Shown here: positions 15,539-25,463 of the stretch, one piece after another
How positions within the stretch are numbered: position 1 is the first letter of the stretch
Layout of the letters: each line of letters opens with the position of its first letter
Assembly: GCA_043817345.1 (NCBI GenBank)
Contig: JBDRGZ010000068.1
Coordinates: 1-39,105 of the forward strand
Direction: 5' to 3'
Source: Patescibacteria group bacterium
Lineage (GTDB): Bacteria > Patescibacteriota > Patescibacteriia > UBA2196
DNA length: 39,105 nt
Translations under genes and position numbers: made by a program
Notes under the pieces: generated by a model
What the model saw: the letters and a program-made list of their open reading frames with translations, nothing else
Database searches by the model: none
What the model was told of the DNA's origin: nothing

Positions 15539-16907
15539 TTGAGGTTTTGTTTTTTGTATCTTCAATCAAAAATCCTTTTTTCTCAATCTCATCACGCAAT
15601 TGGTCAGCCAATGACCAGTTTTTATTTTTACGGGCTTTTTTTCTTTGTTTAATTAACTCTTCAACCTCATCTGGAATATCAATTTTTTCTTGTTTAATTT
15701 TATCTAATTTTAAGCCAAATACTTTATCAAAATCTAGAATTGTTGCTAGTTTATCTTTATCTCCTAATTTAGATTTTAAAATTTCTTGTATTAAAGATAA
15801 TGCTTGTGGAGTATTAAAATCATCTGATAATTTTTCAATAAAGAGGTTTTTAAACTTTTGATCTATTTTACCTTTTTTATCTCCCAGGTTTTTGATATTG
15901 GAGTATAGGTTGTTTAATCCATTTTGTGCAGCCTCTAAAGCTTGCCAAGTAAAATTTTGTTTACTTCTGTAATGAGCACTTAAGAAAAAATATCTTAAAG
16001 CCAAAGGATTAAAACCTTTATCTATTATCTCTTGAACAGAATATGCTGTACCTTGAGATTTACTCATTTTTCTATCATTAACTAACAAATGTTCATTGTG
16101 TAACCAATAATTGACAAATTTAACACCATTAGCAACTTCACTTTGTGCTATTTCATTTGTGTGGTGTACAGGTATATGTTCTATACCGCCCATATGAATA
16201 TCAATTGTATCTCCTAGATATTTTTTAGCCATTACAGAACATTCTAAATGCCAACCAGGAAAGCCTTCACCCCATGGTGATTTCCATGTTTGTAAAGCAT
16301 TTTCGTGTTTCCCGGCCTTAAAAAACCATAAAGTAAAATCATAAGGATTTTTCTTATCTTCATCTTCAACTTCTGCTTTACCAGCACCTTCTAATTTGTC
16401 TTCTAATTTTTGTCCAGACAATTCGCCATATTTTTTAAATTTAGAAATATCAAAATATATTGCTAAATTTGTTTGGTAAGCAAAATCTTTTTTAAGAAGG
16501 GTTTTAATAAACTTAATATCTTCTTTAATACATTCAGTTGCACGTGGTTTTTTATCTGCATCTATAATATTTAAAGCTTGTGTATCATCTTCAAAAATTT
16601 TAATGTATTTCTCAGCTATTTTTAAAGGATCCAAATTTTCTCGTTTTGCTGCTTTTTCCATTTCATCTTCACCTTGATCAGCATCAGAGGTTAAATGACC
16701 AACATCTGTGTAGTTTCTGACTAATTTAACTTTGTAATCTAAATATTTAAATATTCTCGTAATAAAATCAGCTAATACAAAAGCACGCATATTTCCAATT
16801 TGTTGTGTCCAATAAACAGTTGGCCCACAATGGTACATTAAAACTTTGCCATTTTTAATTGGCTTAAATTCTTCTTTTTTCTTTGTTAGTGTATTATATA
16901 TCTTCAT
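15525..16907 (-). CDS. cysS: Cysteine--tRNA ligase
   Basis: MYHCGPTVY (HIGH-region equivalent), KMSKS, WHLECS. Confidence 0.95.
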   Translation of the reverse strand: MKIYNTLTKKKEEFKPIKNGKVLMYHCGPTVYWTQQIGNMRAFVLADFITRIFKYLDYKVKLVRNYTDVGHLTSDADQGEDEMEKAAKRENLDPLKIAEKYIKIFEDDTQALNIIDADKKPRATECIKEDIKFIKTLLKKDFAYQTNLAIYFDISKFKKYGELSGQKLEDKLEGAGKAEVEDEDKKNPYDFTLWFFKAGKHENALQTWKSPWGEGFPGWHLECSVMAKKYLGDTIDIHMGGIEHIPVHHTNEIAQSEVANGVKFVNYWLHNEHLLVNDRKMSKSQGTAYSVQEIIDKGFNPLALRYFFLSAHYRSKQNFTWQALEAAQNGLNNLYSNIKNLGDKKGKIDQKFKNLFIEKLSDDFNTPQALSLIQEILKSKLGDKDKLATILDFDKVFGLKLDKIKQEKIDIPDEVEELIKQRKKARKNKNWSLADQLRDEIEKKGFLIEDTKNKTSIIKL

Positions 16908-16965
16908 GGTTTAATGTTATCATTTTTAAGTTGTATTTGACAAATATATATAGTAAGATGAGGAT

Positions 16966-17862
16966 ATGAAATTAAGTATTATCATAGTTTCTTGGAATGT
17001 TTGTGAATTGACTTTAAAATGTATAAAGTCTGTTTTTAGGTATTTAAAGAACATTGATTTTGAAGTTTTTGTGGTAGATAATAACTCAAAAGATAATACT
17101 GTAAAAGAATTAGAAAATTTTAAAAAAAATAATAATTTAAATAACTTAATTTTAATAAAAAACAAAAATAATTTGGGTTTTGCTAAAGCAAATAATCAAG
17201 CTATAAAACAGGCAACAGGGGATTATATTTTATTATTAAATCCAGATGCTGAACTAATTGATAATAATATTATTAAACTAATTAATTTTATTCAGAGTGG
17301 TGAAAAGATTGGAGTTATTGGGCCTAAATTATTAAATACAAATAAAACCTTGCAAAGATCTTGTAGAAGATTTCCAAAATTATTAGATCAATTTTTTATT
17401 CAACTTAAATTCTATAACTTTTTTCCAGATAAGATAAAGGGTATAAGAAAATATTTTATGTTAGATTTTAATCATGATGAAGTTAAGGAAGTAGATCAAA
17501 TTATGGGGGCAGCTATGTTAATTAAAAAACAAGTTCTAGATGAGGTTGGATTGTTTGATGAAAAGTTTTGGTCAACTTTTGAAGAAGTTGATTTATGTAA
17601 ACGTATTAAAGATAAAGGCTGGAAAATACATTTTAATCCTGAATGTAATATTATTCATCATAAAGAACAAAGCTTTAAACAAATGGCTAGTTTAAGAAAA
17701 CAAATAAATTTTAACCATTCATTATATAGATATTTTAAAAAACATAAACCGTTTTATCAGTTATTTATTTTATGGTTTTTACAGCCTATTAATATATTAT
17801 TAACTTGGTTTGGTAGTAGGATTGGGGTTAGGAAAATAATAGGGAAGAGAAAAGATTTCTAA
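16966..17862 (+). CDS. Glycosyltransferase family 2
   Basis: LSIIIVSWN...VVDNNSKDNT...NLGFAKANN...LLLNPD...EEVDLC. Confidence 0.85.
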   Translation: MKLSIIIVSWNVCELTLKCIKSVFRYLKNIDFEVFVVDNNSKDNTVKELENFKKNNNLNNLILIKNKNNLGFAKANNQAIKQATGDYILLLNPDAELIDNNIIKLINFIQSGEKIGVIGPKLLNTNKTLQRSCRRFPKLLDQFFIQLKFYNFFPDKIKGIRKYFMLDFNHDEVKEVDQIMGAAMLIKKQVLDEVGLFDEKFWSTFEEVDLCKRIKDKGWKIHFNPECNIIHHKEQSFKQMASLRKQINFNHSLYRYFKKHKPFYQLFILWFLQPINILLTWFGSRIGVRKIIGKRKDF

Positions 17863-17864
17863 CT

Positions 17865-19313
17865 ATGTCAACCTTCTTAAACAAAAACATATTTAAACTA
17901 ACTTTTCTGTTTGTAATTTTAACAGAGCTTTTTTCGTTTTTTGGCTGGTTATTACCAGAATTTGGGTATTTGTGTTTCTTTGCAATAATGCTTTTAACTT
18001 TAGTTTTAAGTATAAAAAGGCTTGAATATGGAATATATATTCTTTTAGCAGAGTTGTTCATTGGTTCTAAAGGATATCTATTTAGTTTAGATATTGGAGA
18101 TTCTGCTATTTCTTTAAGAATGGGTTTGTTTTTGATTGTTATGGCTGTTTTTTTTATGAATGTCATCCTGAAAAGGAGGCCCGATAGGGCGACGATGAAG
18201 GATCTGTTTAATAAAAAATTAAAACAGATTCTTCGTCGCCACGAAGTGTCGTGGCTTCTCAGAATGACATCTTTATGGCTAGTAATAATATGGGGGTTTG
18301 TTTGGGGACTGATTCAGGGTAACAACTTTGGAAATGTATTTTTAGATTTTAATAATTGGGTATATTTCCTTTTAGTATTTCCAATTTTTCAAATTGTTAA
18401 GAACAATGATAATTTTGTTAAAAATATTTTATCTGTTTTAACAGCCTCTGTTGTATGGATAGGTATAAAATCCCTCGTCTTGCTATATATCTTCTCTCAT
18501 GAGCTCTCCTGGGCTTTGCCAGAGGCATATAAGTGGGTGAGAGACACTTTAGTAGGTGAAATAACTTTTGCAGGGAATGGATTTTGGAGGGTATTTATTC
18601 AATCCCAAGTATATAGTTTAATTTTGTTTTTTATCTTACTGGGCATTAAAGATATTAAAAGATTTTTCTTTCATCATATCTTGCTTTTAATATCTTTAAT
18701 CACAATCATATTAAGTTGGTCAAGAAGTTTTTGGGTTGGTTTGGTTGTTGGTGTTGGTATTTATCTAATATATCTAATTATTCAAAAAATAAAGTTTTTG
18801 AGTTTTTTAAAGATTTCTGGTAAGTTAATACTTATTACCCTAATATCTTTTGGTTTGATTCTCTGCGTCATATATTTACCTCCAAAAGCTGATATGGGTA
18901 ATTTAGCAGATATCTTTGGCAAGAGGTTAACTCAAGGTGAAGCTGCTTCATCTTCACGTATTAATCAATTAAAGCCTTTAATTAAAGAAATTGGTGAACA
19001 TCCAGTAATTGGTTCTGGTTTTGGAACAACTATTACATATTTATCTGATGATCCAAGGATTTTAGGGGACTATACAACATATGCTTTTGAGTGGGGATAT
19101 TTAGACATGATATTAAAATTTGGCATATTAGGTACTTTAATATATCTAATTTTAATATTTAAAATCTTGAAGAAGCTGTTTAATATAAACTTAGGATTTG
19201 CTTTAGCTTTGATCGCTTTGTTAATTGTTAATATATTCAGTCCATATTTAAATCATCCATTAGGAATTGGGTTTGTAATATTATGTAGCTCTATTGTTTA
19301 TGCAAAAGAATGA
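17865..19313 (+). CDS. O-antigen ligase/polymerase-like polytopic membrane protein carrying an in-frame repeat insertion
   Basis: About 10 TM segments with a WSRSFWVG motif (Wzy_C-like). Residues VILKRRPDRATMKDLFNKKLKQILRRHEVSWLLRMT are encoded by a family-A element. Confidence 0.65.
   Translation: MSTFLNKNIFKLTFLFVILTELFSFFGWLLPEFGYLCFFAIMLLTLVLSIKRLEYGIYILLAELFIGSKGYLFSLDIGDSAISLRMGLFLIVMAVFFMNVILKRRPDRATMKDLFNKKLKQILRRHEVSWLLRMTSLWLVIIWGFVWGLIQGNNFGNVFLDFNNWVYFLLVFPIFQIVKNNDNFVKNILSVLTASVVWIGIKSLVLLYIFSHELSWALPEAYKWVRDTLVGEITFAGNGFWRVFIQSQVYSLILFFILLGIKDIKRFFFHHILLLISLITIILSWSRSFWVGLVVGVGIYLIYLIIQKIKFLSFLKISGKLILITLISFGLILCVIYLPPKADMGNLADIFGKRLTQGEAASSSRINQLKPLIKEIGEHPVIGSGFGTTITYLSDDPRILGDYTTYAFEWGYLDMILKFGILGTLIYLILIFKILKKLFNINLGFALALIALLIVNIFSPYLNHPLGIGFVILCSSIVYAKE
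18161..18269. repeat. Family-A composite element inside a CDS (read through, no stop)
   Basis: TGTCATCCTGAAAAGGAGGCCCGATAGGGCGACGATGAAGGATCTG, spacer, then CAGATTCTTCGTCGCCACGAAGTGTCGTGGCTTCTCAGAATGACA. The architecture matches 6799-6903. Confidence 0.85.
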
Positions 19314-20370
19314 AACAACATTATCAATATGTATAGTAACTTGGAACTCTGAAAAATATTTAAGAGAGCTTTTTCAAAGTATTTTTAAACAAACAGTTTT
19401 ACAAAAAGAAAAATATCCAATTAAATTAAGTGTTAATGTTGTAGATTCTGGCTCACAAGATGGTTCAATGGAATTTTTAACAAAGAAATATCCTGAAGTT
19501 CATGTATTACGAAATACACACAACTTGGGCTTTTCTCGTTCATATAACCAATCAATTAGAATGAGTAAAACAGAATACATCTTAGTTATTAACGCAGATA
19601 TTGTTTTGGAAGAAGATTTTATTGAAAAAGCTTTAAATCAAATTAAAAATCCCGAGTACTCGGGAGAAAAAATTGGTGCAGTTGTTGGTAAGCTATATCG
19701 TGGACATTTTGTGTTATCAAATGGAAATGAAATATGTGATATTCAAAAAACCAAAACTATTGATAGTTTTGGAATTGAAATTAAACGTAACAGAAGGTTT
19801 GTAAATATCGGTGAAGGAGAAGAAGACAAAGGACAATACAATAATTTAAAAGAAATTTTTGGATTTAGTGGGGCTTGTGTAATGTTTCGTAGACAGGGTT
19901 TAGAAGATGTAAAATATTCTGCAGAATATTTTGATGAAGATTTTTTTGCATACAAAGAGGATATTGATCTGTCTTGGAGATTACAAATAGCTGGTTATAA
20001 AATAATGTTTGTACAAGAAGCTAAAGCTTATCACTTCAGATCTTTACAAGATAAAAATGCAAAGTATACCAATGTTAAGATAGCTAGGAGTTATAAGAAG
20101 AAAGCAAGTTGGAGAAGAATGTGTTCATACAGAAATCATTTACTTTGTTTGTTTAAAAACGAAACTAAAAGGAATTTTTTAAAGGATTTTTTCCCAATTA
20201 TATTGTATGAATTTAGAAAATTAATATATTTATTAATCTTTGACACAAAGAACTTTAAAGGTTTTTTTCAAGCTTTAAAGTTAAGATCAAAAATGAAAGA
20301 TAAACGAAAAATTAGCATGAGACATAGAATAAAGGATGCGGAAGGAGTTAGAAAATGGATAACATCATGA
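19294..20370 (+). CDS. Glycosyltransferase family 2
   Basis: LSICIVTWN...VVDSGSQDGS...NLGFSRSYN...VINADI...EDIDLSWR. Confidence 0.8.
   Translation: MFMQKNETTLSICIVTWNSEKYLRELFQSIFKQTVLQKEKYPIKLSVNVVDSGSQDGSMEFLTKKYPEVHVLRNTHNLGFSRSYNQSIRMSKTEYILVINADIVLEEDFIEKALNQIKNPEYSGEKIGAVVGKLYRGHFVLSNGNEICDIQKTKTIDSFGIEIKRNRRFVNIGEGEEDKGQYNNLKEIFGFSGACVMFRRQGLEDVKYSAEYFDEDFFAYKEDIDLSWRLQIAGYKIMFVQEAKAYHFRSLQDKNAKYTNVKIARSYKKKASWRRMCSYRNHLLCLFKNETKRNFLKDFFPIILYEFRKLIYLLIFDTKNFKGFFQALKLRSKMKDKRKISMRHRIKDAEGVRKWITS
19650..19665. repeat. Perfect 16-nt GC palindrome inside the GT2 gene
   Basis: TCCCGAGTACTCGGGA encodes (N)PEYSGE. It is related to the TCCCGAA...TTCGGGA hairpin at 37818-37836. Confidence 0.5.
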
Positions 20371-21158
20371 AATTATCAATAATCATATTAAACTACAAAA
20401 CAAGAGGTTTAACTAAACAATGTATTAAAAACATTGAGAATTCGAATTTAAACATAATATATGAGATAATAGTAGTGGACAATGGTTCCCAGGATGGGAT
20501 AGAAGAAATGATGAAAAATGAATTTCCTAATCATAAGTTTATTGCATCAAAAAGAAATCTAGGTATGGGAGCAGGTAACAACCTTGGCATTGCAGAAGCT
20601 CAAGGAGAATATATTTTAGTTATTAATTCAGATATAGTTGTTTTTGAAGAATCAATTAACAATATAATTAGCTTTATGGATGAACATGAACGAGCAGGTG
20701 TAGTTGCCCCTCAAGTTTTAAATCCTGATCGGACAATAGTTGATTCATGTTGTAGATGGCCAAAGTTAGATACTTTTATTTATAGACGAACATTTTTAGG
20801 TAGTACTGGAAGAGGTAAAAAAGAATTAGATCATTATTTATATAAAACAGAAGATCTGTCCATTCCTAAACAAATAGATTGGATATTTGGTTGTTGCTTG
20901 TTATTTCGTAAGCAAGCTTTAAACGAAGTAGGCTCGTTTGATAAAAGATTCTTTTTGTTTTTAGAGGAAACAGATTTGTGCAGAAGAATGTGGCAAAAAA
21001 AATGGCAAGTATGGTATGTTCCAAATTCTAAAGTTGTACATTACCCTCATAGAAGAACCATGGGTACAGGCAGAATAAAAGACATATTTTCTAAATATAC
21101 TTGGATTCATTTACATTCATGGATTAAATATTTTATTAAATGGAGAAAAATATCATAA
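20355..21158 (+). CDS. Glycosyltransferase family 2
   Basis: LSIIILNYK...VVDNGSQDG...NLGMGAGNN...VINSDI...EETDLCRR. Confidence 0.85.
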   Translation: MDNIMKLSIIILNYKTRGLTKQCIKNIENSNLNIIYEIIVVDNGSQDGIEEMMKNEFPNHKFIASKRNLGMGAGNNLGIAEAQGEYILVINSDIVVFEESINNIISFMDEHERAGVVAPQVLNPDRTIVDSCCRWPKLDTFIYRRTFLGSTGRGKKELDHYLYKTEDLSIPKQIDWIFGCCLLFRKQALNEVGSFDKRFFLFLEETDLCRRMWQKKWQVWYVPNSKVVHYPHRRTMGTGRIKDIFSKYTWIHLHSWIKYFIKWRKIS

Positions 21159-22168
21159 ATTGGCAAGTCATTGGACATAAACACATAACATCATATTTAG
21201 AACAGGCGATAATCAGTGATCGTTTAGTTCATGCTTGGCTATTTCATGGACCAAAGATGATTGGTAAGAGAAAATTAGCCAAACAGTTTGCTAAGACCTT
21301 GTTATGTTTCCAAGGACATGAGAATAAAGAAAATTTAAATAATATTCCCTGCAATCAATGCGAACAGTGTGTTGAGTTTAATAAAAAAATTCATCCTGAT
21401 TTCTTTACTGTTGAAAAAGGAAAACAAGAAAAAAATATTTCTGTAGAGCAGATTAGGGAGTTGAAGAATAGGCTTTCATCTAAATCGCTATTTAAATCAT
21501 ACAAGATAGCAATAATATATAACGCAGATAGCTTATCTTTATCTGCTTCTAATGCTTTGTTAAAAACTTTAGAAGAACCTTTAGGAAAAACAATCATAAT
21601 CTTGATTGCTCAGAAAATTGATACGTTACCTAAAACAATTCTTTCTAGAACACAAAAGATTAAGTTTTTGCCTGTTGCTCAAAAAGAAATTTATGAATAT
21701 TTAATTAAAGAAAGAAATGTTGAACATAATTTAGCTTTAAATTTAGCTAGTTTAGCAGATGGAAAACCAGAAAGAGCAATGATTTTTTTAAACAACCAAG
21801 CTTTGTTGCAATCATATACTAATAGTATTAATACTTTTTTAAAATTAATTTCTGCTAAAGAACATCAAAAAATAAGTTTTGTTGAAGAATTAATAGGGGA
21901 TCAGAAAAAGATTGCTGATAAGATTAATATAATTTCACCTCTTTTAAATTTATGGCAGACTATGTTTCGTGATATTTTATTGCTCAAATTCTCTTCATCT
22001 GCTAAAATTATTAATATAAGCGCTAAGCAAGAATTAATTAAGTTAGGACCATATTTCAGTTCAGAAAAGTTGCATGGAATTAATGTAAACATTGAGAAAA
22101 CTAAAAGATATTTAAATCAGAATGTGAATCCAAAATTAGCTTTAGAAAATTTAATATTAAATTTTTAA
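21140..22168 (+). CDS. holB: DNA polymerase III delta' subunit
   Basis: HAWLFHGPKMIGKRKLA..., a CNQCEQC zinc module, and the SRTQ box (ILSRTQKI). Confidence 0.8.
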   Translation: MEKNIINWQVIGHKHITSYLEQAIISDRLVHAWLFHGPKMIGKRKLAKQFAKTLLCFQGHENKENLNNIPCNQCEQCVEFNKKIHPDFFTVEKGKQEKNISVEQIRELKNRLSSKSLFKSYKIAIIYNADSLSLSASNALLKTLEEPLGKTIIILIAQKIDTLPKTILSRTQKIKFLPVAQKEIYEYLIKERNVEHNLALNLASLADGKPERAMIFLNNQALLQSYTNSINTFLKLISAKEHQKISFVEELIGDQKKIADKINIISPLLNLWQTMFRDILLLKFSSSAKIINISAKQELIKLGPYFSSEKLHGINVNIEKTKRYLNQNVNPKLALENLILNF

Positions 22169-22176
22169 ATAAATAT

Positions 22177-23253
22177 ATGAAATCAATAAAACTAATTTTA
22201 ACTTTTGCTTTAATAACAATTGTGTTATCTGGTTGTGGTTTAGGTTTTAAACCAAAAACAGATGGTGCTGGAGTATATAAATCATTTGATTATGGTGAAC
22301 ATTGGGAACAAAAAAACTATGCAGGTAACAATGGTAAAAAAGATTTAACAATAGAAGGTGTAGAAACAAGATATATTATCTTTGATAAAAACGATCATTC
22401 TTTAATATATCTAGCAACACAAAATGCTGGCTTGTTTGTTTCTGAAAACGCAGGAGAAGAATGGCGTCAGATTTTTAAATCTGGATATATAACTTCTGTT
22501 ACTCCAGATCCTACTGAAAGAGGTGTGATATATTTAACTCAAGGTAATAAGATATATAAGACATTAGACTTTGGTAATGATTGGAGTGTAATATATACAG
22601 AGACTCGTGCTGAAGTAGCCATGACATCAGTGGCAATTGACCCTAAAGATACTAGACAAATGTTTACATCTACATCTGAGGGTGAAATTTTACGAAGTGA
22701 TGATTTGGGTCAAAGTTGGAGTTTAGTTACAGAATTGGATGATAATATTGTTAAGGTAATTATTAATCAAAATGATTCAAATATTCTTTATGCAGGAACA
22801 TTAAGAAAAGGACTTTTCAGATCAGGAGATAATGGAAAAACTTGGACTAATTTAAAAGATAGATATATAGGGTTACATAGTTCAAATAAGCATTATAGAA
22901 TATTAACTCCAGATTTTAGTGTATATGATGGTTTGTTTTTTGTTACAGACTACGGACTTTTAAGAACTATTGATGGGGGGAAAACTTGGCAAGATTTAAA
23001 TTTAGTTACACCTAAAAATAGTGTAAAAATATATGCATTTTCTGTTAATCCTCAAGATGCAAATCATATATATTACACAACAAAAGATACGGTCTATAGA
23101 ACTTTTGATAGTGGAAAGAATTGGTTAAGTGCTAAGATGCCTACAACAAACGAACCTACATTTATGCAGGTTGATCCAGAAACACCTAATGTTGTTTATT
23201 TGGGTGTAGTTAGAGAAGAAGCATCGCCTTTCTTCTTTGTAGAATATAAATAA
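22177..23253 (+). CDS. Lipoprotein with seven BNR/Asp-box repeats (beta-propeller)
   Basis: Lipobox VLSGC. Repeated SxDxGxxW motifs: SFDYGEHW, SENAGEEW, TLDFGNDW, SDDLGQSW, SGDNGKTW, TIDGGKTW, TFDSGKNW. Confidence 0.65.
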   Translation: MKSIKLILTFALITIVLSGCGLGFKPKTDGAGVYKSFDYGEHWEQKNYAGNNGKKDLTIEGVETRYIIFDKNDHSLIYLATQNAGLFVSENAGEEWRQIFKSGYITSVTPDPTERGVIYLTQGNKIYKTLDFGNDWSVIYTETRAEVAMTSVAIDPKDTRQMFTSTSEGEILRSDDLGQSWSLVTELDDNIVKVIINQNDSNILYAGTLRKGLFRSGDNGKTWTNLKDRYIGLHSSNKHYRILTPDFSVYDGLFFVTDYGLLRTIDGGKTWQDLNLVTPKNSVKIYAFSVNPQDANHIYYTTKDTVYRTFDSGKNWLSAKMPTTNEPTFMQVDPETPNVVYLGVVREEASPFFFVEYK

Positions 23254-23264
23254 AGATTAAATAT

Positions 23265-23810
23265 ATGAATTTAGATGATAAAAAAGAAAAATTTGAAAAA
23301 TCAATTGAGTTTGTACAAAAAGAACTAAGTTCTATTCGTACAAGTAGAGCAACCCCTTCTTTAATTGAGAATATACGGGTTAGTGTCTATGGAGTTGAGA
23401 CACCAATGATTCAGGTTGCAAGTATCAGTAGTCCAGAACCAAAGCAACTTTTAATTGAGCCGTGGGATAAAAATATTTTAAAAGACATTGAAAAATCAAT
23501 TCAAACAACATCACTTGGTTTATCAGTCTCTAACGAGGGTTCATTTGTACGGGTAACTATGCCTCCAATGACAGAAGAAACTAGAAATGAAGTAATCAAG
23601 GTTTTAAATGAGAAGATTGAAAAAGGAAGACAAAACTTACGTGGTGTTAGGGATGAAGTTAAAGAAGAAATTGTTAAGGCTGAGAAAGACAAAGAAATCA
23701 CAGAGGATGATAAATTTAGTTTATTAGAAGAATTAGATAAAATGACTAGAGAATATACAGATGAAGTAGGAGAGATTGGTAAGAAAAAAGAAGAGGAGAT
23801 AAAGATATAA
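23265..23810 (+). CDS. frr: Ribosome recycling factor
   Basis: SIRTSRATPSLIENIRV..., TMPPMTEETR, and typical length of 181 aa. Confidence 0.95.
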   Translation: MNLDDKKEKFEKSIEFVQKELSSIRTSRATPSLIENIRVSVYGVETPMIQVASISSPEPKQLLIEPWDKNILKDIEKSIQTTSLGLSVSNEGSFVRVTMPPMTEETRNEVIKVLNEKIEKGRQNLRGVRDEVKEEIVKAEKDKEITEDDKFSLLEELDKMTREYTDEVGEIGKKKEEEIKI

Positions 23811-23814
23811 TCTT

Positions 23815-24954
23815 ATGTTATTAACTGCACTTGGTTTTTTTGTAATATTAGGAATAATTGTCTTAGTGCATGAACTAGGACATTTTATTACTGCTCGGAT
23901 TTTTAAAGTAAAAGTACACGAGTTTGGTTTAGGTTTTCCTCCTAGATTATTTGGTGTATACAAAAAGGATGGAAAAAGAAAATGGATTTGGGGATCAAAA
24001 CAAAATGCAGAAGAAGTAGGTGAAACAGTATATTCTTTAAATAAAATACCAATTGGTGGTTTTGTTAATATTAAAGGACAAGATGGTCAAAATCCTGAAG
24101 ATAAAGACAGTTTTGCAAATAAACCAGCCTGGAAAAGATCTATTATCTTAGTCAGTGGTGTTTTAGCTAACTTTTTACTATGCGCAGTAGTTTTAATGAT
24201 CATATATATAGCTGGTACAAATATATCTGTAGATCATAGGGAATTAAATAATGCAAGATACATTGAAAATGTAAAAATACAAGTTATTTCCATTAACTCT
24301 AATTCACCAGCTGAAACAGCAGGAATTTTAAAAAATGATGTAATTTTACAATTAGATAATCAAAAAGTTAAAACAGTAGAACAGATACAAGAATATTCAG
24401 CTCAAAAGGATGGTTTGCTTGTTAATGTTCAGATTCAGCGCGATGAAGAAATTCTTAATTTAGAAGTTATCCCTCGTGTTTTAGAAACTTCAAACAATAG
24501 ATCAGTTTTTGGTATTGGTTTAACCAAAACAGCAGATATTGCTTTTAAATGGTATGCAGCAATATGGTATGGGATAAGAGATACTATTTATCTTATTGGA
24601 GTAATATTTGTAGCTTTATGGAAGATAATTAAAGATATATTTACAACAGGACAAGTTTCAGCAGAAATAGCTGGGCCAATAGGTATTGCGCGAATAACAG
24701 GAGATGTTGTTAAAATGGGATGGATCTATGCTTTGCAATTTACAGCTCTATTATCTGTTAATTTAGGAATAATTAATATATTACCAATCCCAGCTTTAGA
24801 TGGTGGACGTCTCCTTTTTATTTTAATTGAAAAAATTAGGGGCAAAACAGTTAAAAAGAATATTGAAAACATTATTCATACAGTAGGTTTTGCCATATTA
24901 ATGGTTTTGATTGTTTTAGTAACCTATAGGGATATAATAAGGTGGATTAAGTGA
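23815..24954 (+). CDS. rseP: RIP metalloprotease RseP (site-2 protease, M50)
   Basis: HELGH, a PDZ region, and NILPIPALDGG. Confidence 0.85.
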   Translation: MLLTALGFFVILGIIVLVHELGHFITARIFKVKVHEFGLGFPPRLFGVYKKDGKRKWIWGSKQNAEEVGETVYSLNKIPIGGFVNIKGQDGQNPEDKDSFANKPAWKRSIILVSGVLANFLLCAVVLMIIYIAGTNISVDHRELNNARYIENVKIQVISINSNSPAETAGILKNDVILQLDNQKVKTVEQIQEYSAQKDGLLVNVQIQRDEEILNLEVIPRVLETSNNRSVFGIGLTKTADIAFKWYAAIWYGIRDTIYLIGVIFVALWKIIKDIFTTGQVSAEIAGPIGIARITGDVVKMGWIYALQFTALLSVNLGIINILPIPALDGGRLLFILIEKIRGKTVKKNIENIIHTVGFAILMVLIVLVTYRDIIRWIK

Positions 24955-24991
24955 TTTTGTGTTTTTCAAATAAATCTGATATATTTAATAC

Positions 24992-25360
24992 ATGAAGAAA
25001 AAAGATTTACAAAAACCAGTTACATTAGAAGTCTTAAGTCAGTTCACAGAAGAAGTGATATTGCCTGGCGTTGAAAAAATTATGGATAATAAGCTAGATG
25101 ATCAAATGAAATGTATAAAAAAGACTTTTGCAACTAAAAAAGATTTGAAAGCAATGGAAAATAGAATGGTTTCTAAAGATTATTTAGATAAAAAGTTATT
25201 TGAATTTGAAGCAAGACTTATGAGAAGAATATCAAAAGAGGAGTCAAAAATTAAACAAGCCCTAGCTTTTACAATGAAAATTATTCGTAGTGGTAAAACC
25301 CCCACAACAAAACAGATTGAGACTTTAAAGCTGTTAGAATATGAATTAAGTGCTAATTAA
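24992..25360 (+). CDS. Hypothetical coiled-coil protein
   Basis: Charged, heptad-like sequence. No family recognised. Confidence 0.4.
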   Translation: MKKKDLQKPVTLEVLSQFTEEVILPGVEKIMDNKLDDQMKCIKKTFATKKDLKAMENRMVSKDYLDKKLFEFEARLMRRISKEESKIKQALAFTMKIIRSGKTPTTKQIETLKLLEYELSAN

Positions 25361-25387
25361 ATTAAAAATATTTAATCAAACGAAAAA

Positions 25388-25410
25388 GCTGCTTTAAATG
25401 CAGTTTTTTT
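25388..25410 (+). terminator. Intrinsic terminator
   Basis: AGCTGC-TTTAAAT-GCAGTT stem followed by a T8 run. Confidence 0.6.
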
Positions 25411-25438
25411 TGACTAAATGTCCATAAAATTATAGAAT
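25410..25438 (+). promoter_or_regulatory. Promoter of proS
   Basis: TTGACT (25410-25415), 17-nt spacer, TAGAAT (25433-25438). Confidence 0.55.
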
Positions 25439-25463
25439 TAAGGAGATTAAATAAATAAAATAT

